Below, piece after piece: positions 1 to 8,716 of a stretch of 14,158 nucleotides of DNA. The position numbers and the translations under genes are program-made. The stretch's first letter is position 1; every line of letters starts with the position of its first letter. The notes under the pieces are model-generated. The model saw nothing but the letters and a program-made list of their open reading frames with translations. It was not told where the DNA came from and did not search any database. Source of the stretch: Planctomycetota bacterium (lineage in GTDB: Bacteria; Planctomycetota; SZUA-567; H5-PLA8); contig BTVV01000147.1 in assembly GCA_045863855.1 (NCBI GenBank), positions 1 to 14,158 of the forward strand, in the 5' to 3' direction.

Positions 1-31
1 GCGGTTGGGGCATCCTTCGGAGGACCGAAGC

Positions 32-2674
32 TTGAATTACCGCGTTGCGCAACGAGCGGTTTGGATGGTCTGTGCCGCCGGGTTGGTCTTGGGCTGTGCC
101 TGGGGCCAAGCCGTCGAAGACCCGATTGCGGACCCTTCACCCAATCCCTTTAATTCCAAGAAGCTAGAGAAGGAAAGCTATGGCGCGACCATGCGCCATC
201 CGTTCCATCATGTGCGAACCACGTGGGATCGGTATTTCCGCGTATGGCCGGCCAAGAAGGAAGACCACCAGTCCATTACGCTAGGTGCGGTACGTTCGGA
301 GCCTAGGTTCTACCTGGATCGGAAGATCGAGTTCGATGTGTACTGGGGCGAGCGTGGTTCGTTCTACCGCCCGGTCGTCTCGCCGTTCTACCGAGATACG
401 CACGTCAATTACAACTGCTGGAACTACGAAACCGACCTTTGGAACCGCGAACAGCGCGTGGACGTGTTTCCCTTCCTGTACGTGGATCGCCGCGAAGAAA
501 AGCTGATTCAGCGAATGGAGAAGCTGGCCACCTACACGCCGGTCCGGTTGTACGGCGAAGTGATCGTCGTCAGCGAAGGGTATCCCTGGATTCAGGTTCA
601 CGAGATGGAAGTTCTGAAGGAACCCGCGTTGGGCGTAGGTTCCTTGCGTGACCTTGAGCAGGCGTGGCTGCGCATGGAGAAGAAGGACTGGACGCTGGCT
701 CTGAACGGCTTCCAGCGCGCCTTGCAGCGCGAGCTTCCATTGAATGCCACTCGCCGCGTGTGGGAGTCGGTGGGCATTTGCTACATGGAGCTTTACCAGT
801 ACGCCAGCGCCCGCGAAGCCTTCATCAATCATCTCGAGCTTTTCGGCGGCCCGCGGATTCAGTTGCTCGATGCGCTCAAAGGAGAGCAGCGGGCGGTTCG
901 TTCGCTGGTCCGACTGACGCAGTGCAACTTGCGCTTGGGCAACAGCGAAGAAGCCAAGCAGGCCGCGACGGTGGCCGTGACGACCGAGCCTTCGAACGCG
1001 CTGGCGCACGTGGAATTGGGACTCGCGCTCGCGCAGTTGGGCGATTTCCGCCAAGGCATGTGGGAAGTGGATGCGGGCCAGCGGCTGGTGCCGGGCGGCC
1101 GGCTGCCGGAGGCCTTCCGCAATCGCGCGCAGATCTACCTGCTGCGCGGCCAGTTAGCGCAGGCGCAGACCGAACTTGAAAACGCGGTCATTCACCGCCC
1201 CAACGACGTTCAGTTCCACATGGAACTGGGCGATGTTTACCTGAAGCTGAACCTTCCGGAAAAGGCGCAGGTGGAGTTCGAAAACAGCACGCGCTTGGCG
1301 CCGGATCGCCCGGAAGCTTTCCACATGCTGGGAGTCGCGTTCAAGCATTTGGGCGACAAGGCAGCGAAGGAAGACAAGAAGGATCAGGCCGGCGAGCACT
1401 ATCAGAAGGCTCTGGAAATGTTCGCCAAGGCGCATCAGGTCGACGACCGCTATGCGCCGGCCTATGGCGACCATGCCGAATTGCTGCGCCTGCTGGGCAA
1501 GGACCAGGAAGCGAAGGAACTGCTGGAGCAGGGCTCAGGCGCATCCCCGCAGAGCATGCAGATGCAGGAGATGCTCTTCAACGAATCCAAGAAGCAGGGC
1601 GACTGGCTGGCCATGGAAAAGGCCGCGATGAAGGCGGCGCTGATCGAGCCGAACAACGCGGCGGCGCACGCTCGCGTGGCCATGGTTCGCGAGTCCAAGC
1701 CTGAGCCGGACTGGCAGGGCGCCGAGGAAGAGTACGGCGTGGCCGTGAAGTTGGATCCGGGTCATGCCGAATCCTGGGCGCGCTTGGCTTTCGTGCGGCG
1801 CAAGCTGGAATGGTGGGGTCCCGGTGCGAACGCGGCCGCTCAGGCCGTGAATCTGGATGCCGGAAACGCGAACGCATGGGCCGATCTGGCCGCTTGCCGC
1901 CGACATCTGGGCGATGTGAGCGGTGCGGTGGAAGCCGCCGAACAGGCCTTTGCCAAGCAGGATAACGCGGCATCGCGGCTGAATCTGGCAATCGCGTACA
2001 TCGAAAGCGGCAAGCCTGCGTATGCGACCGAAGCGGCCAAGTTGGCGCAGGGGGCTCGAGCGGAATCCTACGTCAGCACCGAGATTTCGAATGCCGAGAG
2101 CGTGCTGGGTGCGGCACTGAGCGCCACCGGCCAGCATCAGGAAGCTCTAAACCACTTTGCGCTGGCCGAGAACGATCTGCAAGCTGACCCGTGGCACAAT
2201 TACTACTACGGCCGATGCCTGGAAGCGAACGGGCAGGCTTCAGCGGCTCGCGAGCACTACGGCAAGGCATGGAAGGATGCGGCGGGACTGGCTGGCGGTT
2301 CCAAGCTCATGGAACGCTTGTCCAAGGACGCCGAGAAGGCGCACAAGAAGGCCGAGAAGCTGGCCGATACGGCGTCGGCCATTCAGCCGGCACCGCAGGC
2401 TCAACCCGAAGCGCAGCCCGCAGCTCCGCAGCCTGAAGCCAAGCCGGAAGAGCCGAAGCCCGAGGCCGCGCCGGAAAGCGATCACCAGACCAACGGGAGT
2501 TCGAATGGCCACTCCAATGGGCATGCGAATGGACACACCAACGGCAAGTCCAATGGCCATACGAACGGGAACACCAACAACCATACCGAGAACAAGCCGC
2601 CGGTGATTCGCGTCGAACCGCTGCCGCAGCCGGCCGGCGCCAACGAAGAGAAGGCTCCGGATCAGTCGCGCTAA
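32..2674 (+). CDS. Secreted tetratricopeptide-repeat (TPR) protein with N-terminal beta-rich (OB-like) domain and low-complexity C-terminal tail
   Basis: TTG at 32 lies 7 nt after SD GGAGGA (19-24); the ORF track starts at 5 and the frame is open to the window edge. Signal-peptide-like N-terminus (NYRVAQRAVWMVCAAGLVLGCAWG/QA). Many TPR-like units (AHVELGLALAQLGDFRQG, FHMELGDVYLKLNLPEKAQVEFENSTRLAPDRPEAFHMLG, AWADLAACRRHLGDVSGAVEAAEQA). P/A/E/Q linker and NGH repeats at the C-terminus. TAA stop. Confidence 0.9.
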   Translation: MNYRVAQRAVWMVCAAGLVLGCAWGQAVEDPIADPSPNPFNSKKLEKESYGATMRHPFHHVRTTWDRYFRVWPAKKEDHQSITLGAVRSEPRFYLDRKIEFDVYWGERGSFYRPVVSPFYRDTHVNYNCWNYETDLWNREQRVDVFPFLYVDRREEKLIQRMEKLATYTPVRLYGEVIVVSEGYPWIQVHEMEVLKEPALGVGSLRDLEQAWLRMEKKDWTLALNGFQRALQRELPLNATRRVWESVGICYMELYQYASAREAFINHLELFGGPRIQLLDALKGEQRAVRSLVRLTQCNLRLGNSEEAKQAATVAVTTEPSNALAHVELGLALAQLGDFRQGMWEVDAGQRLVPGGRLPEAFRNRAQIYLLRGQLAQAQTELENAVIHRPNDVQFHMELGDVYLKLNLPEKAQVEFENSTRLAPDRPEAFHMLGVAFKHLGDKAAKEDKKDQAGEHYQKALEMFAKAHQVDDRYAPAYGDHAELLRLLGKDQEAKELLEQGSGASPQSMQMQEMLFNESKKQGDWLAMEKAAMKAALIEPNNAAAHARVAMVRESKPEPDWQGAEEEYGVAVKLDPGHAESWARLAFVRRKLEWWGPGANAAAQAVNLDAGNANAWADLAACRRHLGDVSGAVEAAEQAFAKQDNAASRLNLAIAYIESGKPAYATEAAKLAQGARAESYVSTEISNAESVLGAALSATGQHQEALNHFALAENDLQADPWHNYYYGRCLEANGQASAAREHYGKAWKDAAGLAGGSKLMERLSKDAEKAHKKAEKLADTASAIQPAPQAQPEAQPAAPQPEAKPEEPKPEAAPESDHQTNGSSNGHSNGHANGHTNGKSNGHTNGNTNNHTENKPPVIRVEPLPQPAGANEEKAPDQSR
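2489..2584 (+). repeat. Eight 12-nt/tetrapeptide x-N-G-H repeats (TNGS SNGH SNGH ANGH TNGK SNGH TNGN TNNH) in the TPR protein tail
   Basis: Read directly from the translation. The DNA units differ at synonymous positions (aat ggc cac / aat ggg cat / aat gga cac / aat ggc cat). Confidence 0.85.
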
Positions 2675-2704
2675 GTACGCAGAGCCGACGTTCGAATGCC
2701 ATAT

Positions 2705-2737
2705 GCGGTCCGGGCCAACGCCCGGACCGCTCTTTTT
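2705..2737 (+). terminator. Rho-independent terminator after the TPR gene
   Basis: Perfect 11-bp stem GCGGTCCGGGC / GCCCGGACCGC with a CAAC loop, followed by TCTTTTT; 30 nt after the stop codon. Confidence 0.9.
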
Positions 2738-2785
2738 AAGGCCGACCGCGCAGAGGAATACGGCCGCGCGGCCAGGAGTCCGATG

Positions 2786-3184
2786 ATGAGCGAATCTCCG
2801 CAGCCCCCCGCGCCGGCTCCTGTACCGCCGGCCACCGAACCGGTTCCCGCCGGCGTAGTGGAAATCGGTATCGACGATTTTGCCAAGGTTCGCTTGGCCA
2901 CCGCCGAAGTTGTGGAAGCCTCGGCTCATCCCAAGGCCGATCGCCTGCTGATTCTGCAACTCAAGCTGGGCGAACGGAGCAAGCGGATCGTCTCGGGCAT
3001 TCGCGAGCACTACAGCCCGGAGCAGTTGATCGGGAAGACTATTGTGATCGTGGACAATCTCAAACCTACCAAGCTTCGTGGCGAGGTCAGCGAAGGCATG
3101 TTGCTGGCCGTGCGCCAGCCCGACGGCGGATTGCGCCTCGTGACCACCGACGGGCCGAGCGCGAGCGGGTTGGAAATCAGTTAG
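2786..3184 (+). CDS. Stand-alone tRNA-binding OB-fold protein (MetG C-terminal domain / Trbp111 / CsaA / YgjH family)
   Basis: IGIDDFAKVRL..AEV......HPKADRLLILQLKLG...KRIVSGIREHYSPEQLIGKTIVIVDNLKPTKLRGEVSEGMLLA is the family signature. SD AGGAG at 2774-2778 precedes ATG 2783/2786. The track start at 2696 would read through the terminator. Confidence 0.92.
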   Translation: MSESPQPPAPAPVPPATEPVPAGVVEIGIDDFAKVRLATAEVVEASAHPKADRLLILQLKLGERSKRIVSGIREHYSPEQLIGKTIVIVDNLKPTKLRGEVSEGMLLAVRQPDGGLRLVTTDGPSASGLEIS

Positions 3185-3308
3185 CTCCAACCCACACCGA
3201 ACTATCGGCTCTGCTTAAGCTTCCCCATGTGCGATGGTGACGCACCTGACTCATTTCGCCTGCTTAGGGTATTGGCCGGACGCGAATTGAAGCTGGATGT
3301 TGTATAGA

Positions 3309-3324
3309 AGAGGTATAGACCACC
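3309..3324. promoter_or_regulatory. dre-like operator (GntR/HutC subfamily, DasR/NagR-type)
   Basis: AGAGGTATAGACCACC matches 13/16 of the dre palindrome AGTGGTCTAGACCACT. A second GTATAGA core lies 11 bp upstream (3302-3308). About 75 nt before the 745-aa gene. Confidence 0.55.
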
Positions 3325-3398
3325 GGTGAAATCATCGATCTTGGGACCGCGGCTTTGCTCGGTCGCCGGCTGGCCTCACTCCAGAGGAATGACCCCAG

Positions 3399-5636
3399 AT
3401 GCCGCACGTAATCCTCCTCACCTCTGAGTCGGCCTCCGTGTGGACGCTTCAAAACAAGTTCGCAGAGGTGCTGGTGGAACGGGCAACCGGACGCCTGCGC
3501 GGGTTGAGCGTTAAACGCGGTAAAAAGAAGGTGGATCTGTTTCAGCAACTGCGCGGCAAGATTCCAGGCTACATCGGTGGGTTGCGCATCTTCGACGAAT
3601 TGGAACGCAAGCATTACGACGATTTCCATTCCGATCCGCGCGTGCTGGACGCCAAGCTTGACGCAAGGGGCACGCGCCTGACGCTCATCAAGACGTATGC
3701 GAATTGTCCGTTTCAAGTGCAGTTGGAACTGCGCCTGGACGGTTCGACGCTGGAATGGGACGTGACGCTCACGCAGGATGCGTCGGTGAATCGCGGAGTG
3801 CGCGTTTTTTTCTTCGTACCGCTGATCGCGGGCTGGTACTGCTGGACGGCCGCCAATACGCGCCAGGACGGTGCGCCCCAGGGACTCAACGATCCTTGGA
3901 TCTTCGACGGCATGAGCAGTTTCGACTTTATGTATAACCAGGGACCGTATGTCGGAGACCGCGAGGTCTGTGTTCCGGTTTTCAGCACTTACGATTCAGC
4001 GACGGACGCGGGCTTTACGTTCGCCGACTGCTTCGAACGCAACGTGCCCGCGTCGAAATTTCAATTCATCAACGGGGAACGCACCTTCAATTGGGGCTTT
4101 CAAGAGCAACCGAACCTCGACGAGCTGCCTTACTTCGAGCATGTTCACTACCACATCGGGCTGCACGGCCGAAAACCCTGTCAGACGGGCGGGCTGATTT
4201 TCATGCACGGCGGACACTGGCGTCCGGGCTTGGGGCAGGTATACGGGCGCTATCGCGACTTTTTCGATCCTCCGGTCAAAGAGATTTGGGAACGGCAGGG
4301 GACATTCGAATGCGGCTCTATTTTTACGGCCGATAAAGTGGAGGAATTTAAGAGCTTCGGCGGCAAGTACCTGGAGGTTCACGGGCACTTTCCATTTTAT
4401 GGCGATTACTATTACGAAGGGGCGAAGAGTTGGAAAAGTATCGGACAGCTCGAAAACGAGCGGCTAGGCCGCCCGGTGAAGAATAACCGGCGGTTATCGC
4501 GCGCGTTGATCCTCGAAAAACTGAAAGTGTTGCAGAAGGCCGGGATCTCCTCGCACTACTACACGAACTACACGGACGGCTATATTCCCTGGATCGAGAA
4601 GAAGCATCCGGATTCGATCGTGACGTACGAAGACGGAAAGCCCGCGCCCAGCGGCTGGCGCTTTTGCCACTGCATCAATCCCGATCCCGACTTCAGCTAC
4701 GGCCGGTTCGCGATCGCTTCCACGAAGAAAATCCTCGCCAGACTGGGCAAGCATCTGGACGGCTTTTTCCTCGACTGCTTCCGGCATTTCGATCTCGATT
4801 TCGCGCACAGTGACGGCGTGACGATGGTGAACAACAAGCCGGCATTTTCGGTAAACTGGGCTCTCTCGCGGATCCAGGAGCGGATCGGGAAGCTGCTGCA
4901 ACGCCAGCGCAAGGACTGCTTCGCGAACAAGCCGCGCACGGTTCAAAACATGCGGCACGTGGACGGCGTGCTTCTGGAAGGCCAGGGTGACGGCGCGGAA
5001 GTGAAGTATTTCTTCACGTGTATCGCCAAGCCGCTCTTCTTCATGTGGACCGGACTCAAGAAGCCGCAGGAGGAATACCTCAAGCGCAGCGTGGTGTACG
5101 GCGGCTGGCCGCGCGATCCGGTATTCCGAAGCAAGACGCCCGCGGAACTCGAGCGCGAGAAGCGCGCCCTGCGCCTGCTGTACGCGCGCTATTTGCCGCT
5201 CTACAAACTTTTCGCGGGCCGGGTGCTTTGCTTCGAGCCCGATCCGATCACATTCTCGGATGGTGTGTACGGCCAGCTCTATACGCTGCCCGACGGGAGT
5301 TACCTGGCCGGCTGCATGACCGACTGGATTTCGACCGAAGACACGCTGCATTACGCCGAGCCGAAGGAGTTGCGATTTCGGCTGCCGCGAGGCGAGCGGC
5401 TGAACGAGGTTTTCGTTTTCTATCCAGGAGATCCCAATCCGCAGCGCGTGATGCCCGTGGACGCCGGCGTCTGGCGGGTGGTGCGCATGGATCGGTACCG
5501 CGGCTGCGCGGCGGTCCTGATCCGTGAAGGCGACCAAACGGCGCGCGCGCGCGGAGACCTGCGCGATACGCGGGACTACTGCGGAGATCCGGTCAGCGCC
5601 TTCGAGATGGGCACCGGGAACGCGACGGGCGGATAA
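3399..5636 (+). CDS. Uncharacterised cytoplasmic glycoside-hydrolase-like protein (N-terminal beta-sandwich + TIM barrel + C-terminal beta domain)
   Basis: 745-aa ORF with typical codon usage and SD AGAGGA at 3383-3388. Beta-rich N-terminal third ([22 protein letters not shown]), barrel-like core with [31 protein letters not shown] (DGxxxD resembles the nucleophile strand of clan GH-D/GH13-like barrels) and VDGVLLEG. No signal peptide. The family cannot be named from sequence alone. Confidence 0.6.
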   Translation: MPHVILLTSESASVWTLQNKFAEVLVERATGRLRGLSVKRGKKKVDLFQQLRGKIPGYIGGLRIFDELERKHYDDFHSDPRVLDAKLDARGTRLTLIKTYANCPFQVQLELRLDGSTLEWDVTLTQDASVNRGVRVFFFVPLIAGWYCWTAANTRQDGAPQGLNDPWIFDGMSSFDFMYNQGPYVGDREVCVPVFSTYDSATDAGFTFADCFERNVPASKFQFINGERTFNWGFQEQPNLDELPYFEHVHYHIGLHGRKPCQTGGLIFMHGGHWRPGLGQVYGRYRDFFDPPVKEIWERQGTFECGSIFTADKVEEFKSFGGKYLEVHGHFPFYGDYYYEGAKSWKSIGQLENERLGRPVKNNRRLSRALILEKLKVLQKAGISSHYYTNYTDGYIPWIEKKHPDSIVTYEDGKPAPSGWRFCHCINPDPDFSYGRFAIASTKKILARLGKHLDGFFLDCFRHFDLDFAHSDGVTMVNNKPAFSVNWALSRIQERIGKLLQRQRKDCFANKPRTVQNMRHVDGVLLEGQGDGAEVKYFFTCIAKPLFFMWTGLKKPQEEYLKRSVVYGGWPRDPVFRSKTPAELEREKRALRLLYARYLPLYKLFAGRVLCFEPDPITFSDGVYGQLYTLPDGSYLAGCMTDWISTEDTLHYAEPKELRFRLPRGERLNEVFVFYPGDPNPQRVMPVDAGVWRVVRMDRYRGCAAVLIREGDQTARARGDLRDTRDYCGDPVSAFEMGTGNATGG

Positions 5637-5734
5637 CATTCCTGAAAGGATTTGCGCGACGCTCACCTCGGGCCATGCTAAGAGAAGTACGGCGCGCCAT
5701 CGCGCCGGGGCTGCCACCTGGAGACGCGTGCAAC

Positions 5735-6109
5735 ATGGCCAAGGCCGAAAAGGCAGCCGAGAAACTCGGCATTGGAACCTACTCGCGGCACCTGTTCATT
5801 TGTCTGGGACCGGATTGCTGTTCCTTCGGCAAAGGCGAGGAGTCCTGGGAGTTCCTCAAGCGTCGCTTGAAAGAGCTGAAGCTCGTCAATCCCAATCGAG
5901 GCGGCGTATACCGCAGCAAAGTCGGCTGTTTTCGCGTGTGTGAAGAAGGGCCGATCGCCGTCGTGTATCCGGATGGCGTCTGGTACAAGAAATGCACGCC
6001 TGAGCGGCTGGAGACGATCATTCAGGAGCATCTGATCGGAGGCCGGATCGTTCAAGAGTTCGCGTTCGCGCACAATCCCATGCAGGGACAGCACGGCGAT
6101 CGATCGTGA
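5735..6109 (+). CDS. Thioredoxin-like [2Fe-2S] ferredoxin
   Basis: [11 protein letters not shown]...[23 protein letters not shown]...[12 protein letters not shown] is the TRX-like ferredoxin signature. ATG 5735 follows GGAG (5720-5723); the track start is 5675. Confidence 0.92.
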   Translation: MAKAEKAAEKLGIGTYSRHLFICLGPDCCSFGKGEESWEFLKRRLKELKLVNPNRGGVYRSKVGCFRVCEEGPIAVVYPDGVWYKKCTPERLETIIQEHLIGGRIVQEFAFAHNPMQGQHGDRS

Positions 6110-6143
6110 CCGAGCGCCTCCGAGCGTAGAAAGGGCACCCCCT

Positions 6144-6698
6144 ATGAAACGTGTACTGGTGATTCTCGCGCCGGGCGCCGAGGAGATGGAAACGGTCATC
6201 GTGGTGGATGTGCTGAGGCGCGCTGGACTTGACGTGATGCTGGCGGGGCTCGAAGGCACCGCTCCGGTGGCCTGCAGCCGGTCGGTGAAGATCGCCCCCG
6301 ATTGCGCGCTCTCCGCCGTACAGGGACCGTTCGAGGCGCTGGTGCTGCCGGGCGGCGGCCCGGGCAGCAAAGCGCTGGCGGCTTCGCCGGTCGTGCGCAA
6401 GCTGCTGGCCGAGCAAGAAGCCGCCGGGCGCGACGTGGCCGCGATTTGCGCGGCGCCGATCGCGTTGGTGGCCGCCGGTGTGGGGCGGGGGAAGCGCATG
6501 ACCAGCCACCCGGCGGTGCGCGACGAAGTGGCCGCCTTTGCCACCTACTCCGAGGAGCGTGTGGTCTGCGACGGGCATTTGATCACCAGTCGAGGTCCGG
6601 GAACGGCTTTCGAATTCGCCTTGAAGCTGGTGGAGCGGTTGGCGGGAACCAAGGTGGCCGAGGAAGTGGCCGGCCCCATGATTCTGCCTCGCGGCTGA
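6144..6698 (+). CDS. yajL: DJ-1/YajL (ThiJ/PfpI) family glyoxalase III / deglycase
   Basis: LAPGAEEMETVIVVDVLRRAG, LVLPGG, AAICAAP (catalytic Cys), ITSRGPGTAFEFAL; 184 aa. Confidence 0.93.
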   Translation: MKRVLVILAPGAEEMETVIVVDVLRRAGLDVMLAGLEGTAPVACSRSVKIAPDCALSAVQGPFEALVLPGGGPGSKALAASPVVRKLLAEQEAAGRDVAAICAAPIALVAAGVGRGKRMTSHPAVRDEVAAFATYSEERVVCDGHLITSRGPGTAFEFALKLVERLAGTKVAEEVAGPMILPRG

Positions 6699-6763
6699 TG
6701 CAGGTTACGAGTCCCGGGCGGCATGGCGCGTGGACGATAGGCGGACTGGAATCCGGACTGCGT

Positions 6764-7882
6764 TCAGCGCGAACGGCGCAGGAACTGGTCAGGAATCGGA
6801 TCTTCTCCGCCTTCGGACGACTGTTTGAGCTGGCCCAATAAAGCTCCCGCCGCAGCGACCAGATGGGCGTCGCGGCTGGATTGGCATAGCACGTCCAGGA
6901 CCTCGCGCACGCGCAGCGCCCCCGTGGGATGGGTGGTGTGGATCGACAGGAGGCGTTCGGCCGCGGCGGCTCGCTCGGCGAAGAGCGGCGCGGCCAATTC
7001 GGCGGCGCGCTTTCTAATCTCCCAATCCAGTTCGAGACCCAGGGGCTGGGCGCGAAGCTCGGCTTCGGCTCGCGCTTCTTCGGCGATCCGGGCGATCAGC
7101 TTTGCGCTGGCGTGGCTTTCGGGCAGCAGGTATCCGAATTTCATGGGTGTGTGAAACGCGGGGTCGCCGGGCGGCGACCAAGCCCATGTCATGCGCGGTT
7201 CCTCGTCCTTTTGAGGACGATGGCGATAGAGGTTCAAACGCCAGAGCGTGTTTTTTTTCTTGGCCTCTTCGGTCAGCTTCATTTGATTATAAGGCACTTT
7301 GACTTCCAGCGTCCAAGCGTCGTTGCCCACTTTTGCCGCGGCTTCGAAGCGCGGGTTCCACTCTTCGCGGAGCTGCATGTTTTGGTGCTTGGGATACAGA
7401 TGCACGCGGCCGTGCCATTTGTCGGCGGCGGCGTTAACGATGAGCTGGTGGTAGCACTTCTTCAGCGTGTCTTTGTGGGGCTCGAAGAAGATTTCCACCT
7501 CGTCGTGGGACCAGATTTCGCCGCCGGCGGTGACCAGTCCGTTGGGCTTGGGTTCCCGGCAACGAAAGCCAAAGTAGAGCGCGTGATCGGAGCAATAGAC
7601 GTACAGCGTGGTGGGAATTTTAGGTGTGGCGCCGCTGACGCAGTCGACCATTTCCACCTGCGCGGCCTGCTTCCAGACGGGCGCGGACAAGTCCCCCGCG
7701 AGCTTTTCCAGGTCGCCTACTTTTGGGGCCCAGAGCAGCGGCAATCCGCCGTACTGCTTCGGCAAGGAACTGGAATCGAGGGGCTTTTCGGGCGGGGCTT
7801 CTCCGGCACAAACGGCCCACGCCAAGCACGCGCCGCACAGTAGCGCTAGAAAACCTGCTTGTCGAATCCGGTTGGCGTTCAC
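6764..7882 (-). CDS. Secreted CBM9-like (DOMON-like sugar-binding) domain protein with C-terminal HEAT-like helical module
   Basis: Likely GTG start at 7882 (the track start 7945 overlaps the aldolase). Signal peptide ...GFLALLCGACLAWAVCA/GE. CBM9-like motifs DLSAPVWKQA, SDHALYFGFRCREP, IWSHDEVEIFFEP, YHQLIVNA, WTLEVKVPY, WRLNLYR, WSP..AFHTPMKFG. Confidence 0.75.
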   Translation of the reverse strand: MNANRIRQAGFLALLCGACLAWAVCAGEAPPEKPLDSSSLPKQYGGLPLLWAPKVGDLEKLAGDLSAPVWKQAAQVEMVDCVSGATPKIPTTLYVYCSDHALYFGFRCREPKPNGLVTAGGEIWSHDEVEIFFEPHKDTLKKCYHQLIVNAAADKWHGRVHLYPKHQNMQLREEWNPRFEAAAKVGNDAWTLEVKVPYNQMKLTEEAKKKNTLWRLNLYRHRPQKDEEPRMTWAWSPPGDPAFHTPMKFGYLLPESHASAKLIARIAEEARAEAELRAQPLGLELDWEIRKRAAELAAPLFAERAAAAERLLSIHTTHPTGALRVREVLDVLCQSSRDAHLVAAAGALLGQLKQSSEGGEDPIPDQFLRRSR

Positions 7883-7913
7883 CCGGATACTGTTAGCACT
7901 TTGAAGGAGCCTG

Positions 7914-8705
7914 TCAACGGGCGGCCAGCGCTTGCAGCGATGCAACTTCCTGAGCGACGGTAGCTTTCAGGTAGCGCACGTCGGAACGATAGGTGAGGAA
8001 GCGCACACCGCCTTCGATGCACCATTGTGCGAATGCGACATCCGGCGCCAGGACGCCGAGCCACTTCCGGTGCTTGCGCCCTACTTCAAAGACGCGCGCG
8101 ATGGCCTTGCGGACCTCCGCGTGCCCGAGTTGCCCCGTCAGGCCCATACCGTGCGAAAGATCGAAGGGCCCTACGTAGAGCATGTCCACGCCTTCAACGG
8201 CGGCGATGGAATCAACGGCTTCCAGTCCGGCGACAGTCTCGATCTGGACGGCAACCACGAGTTGCTCGTTGGCCGCGCGGGCGTAGCCGCTGGGATCGGC
8301 GGTGCCCCAGCCGGCAGCTCGCGCGCCGGCGTTCAGACCTCGAGTGCCCAGCGGCGGGTAATGCGTCAGCGCCACCGCTTCGGCGGCTTGCTCGGCGGAA
8401 CTCACCAGCGGTACGACAATACCTTCGGCTCCGGACTCCAGCGCGTACTGTACGGCACCGCGGGTGAGGTCGCGCACGCGGACCACGGCGCTCTTGCCCG
8501 GACCGCAACCGTGCGCGGTGCGGACCAGGTGCTCTACGGTTTCGGCGCTAAAAGAGCGGTGCTCGGAATCGATGAGGACCCATTCGAGTCCTCCGCCGAG
8601 CAAAATCTCGGTGACCGCGGGATCGGCCAGCATCTGAAAGGCTCCGATGCTGAGGCGGTTCTCGCTCAGTGCGGCGCGCAGCGGGTTATGTCGCGGGGTC
8701 GGCAC
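7914..8705 (-). CDS. HpcH/HpaI family class II pyruvate aldolase (2-keto-3-deoxy sugar-acid aldolase-like)
   Basis: WVLIDSEH, VVRVR, GIVVPLV, YPPLGTRG, AVQIET, YVGPFDLS are HpcH/HpaI active-site motifs. GTG at 8705 gives 263 aa. The track's extension to 9326 is a shadow frame inside the sulfite reductase gene. Confidence 0.9.
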   Translation of the reverse strand: MPTPRHNPLRAALSENRLSIGAFQMLADPAVTEILLGGGLEWVLIDSEHRSFSAETVEHLVRTAHGCGPGKSAVVRVRDLTRGAVQYALESGAEGIVVPLVSSAEQAAEAVALTHYPPLGTRGLNAGARAAGWGTADPSGYARAANEQLVVAVQIETVAGLEAVDSIAAVEGVDMLYVGPFDLSHGMGLTGQLGHAEVRKAIARVFEVGRKHRKWLGVLAPDVAFAQWCIEGGVRFLTYRSDVRYLKATVAQEVASLQALAAR

Positions 8706-8716
8706 GTTTCGAGATT

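Noticed and set aside
2762..2773. 12-bp palindrome GGCCGCGCGGCC before the SD
   Set aside because: An all-GC palindrome is likely by chance at this composition.
2696..2785. N-terminal extension of the tRNA-binding ORF in the track
   Set aside because: It spans the intrinsic terminator; the SD at 2774-2778 points to ATG 2783/2786.
4494..5717. 407-aa antisense ORF (also 281-1054, 2240-3190, 5678-6544 and 12326-13612 on minus)
   Set aside because: These lie antisense to well-supported genes, show no recognisable motifs, and are expected from GC-rich codon bias.
6699..6763. Bidirectional terminator between the convergent DJ-1 and CBM9-like genes
   Set aside because: Only 4-bp stems and no U-tract on either strand.
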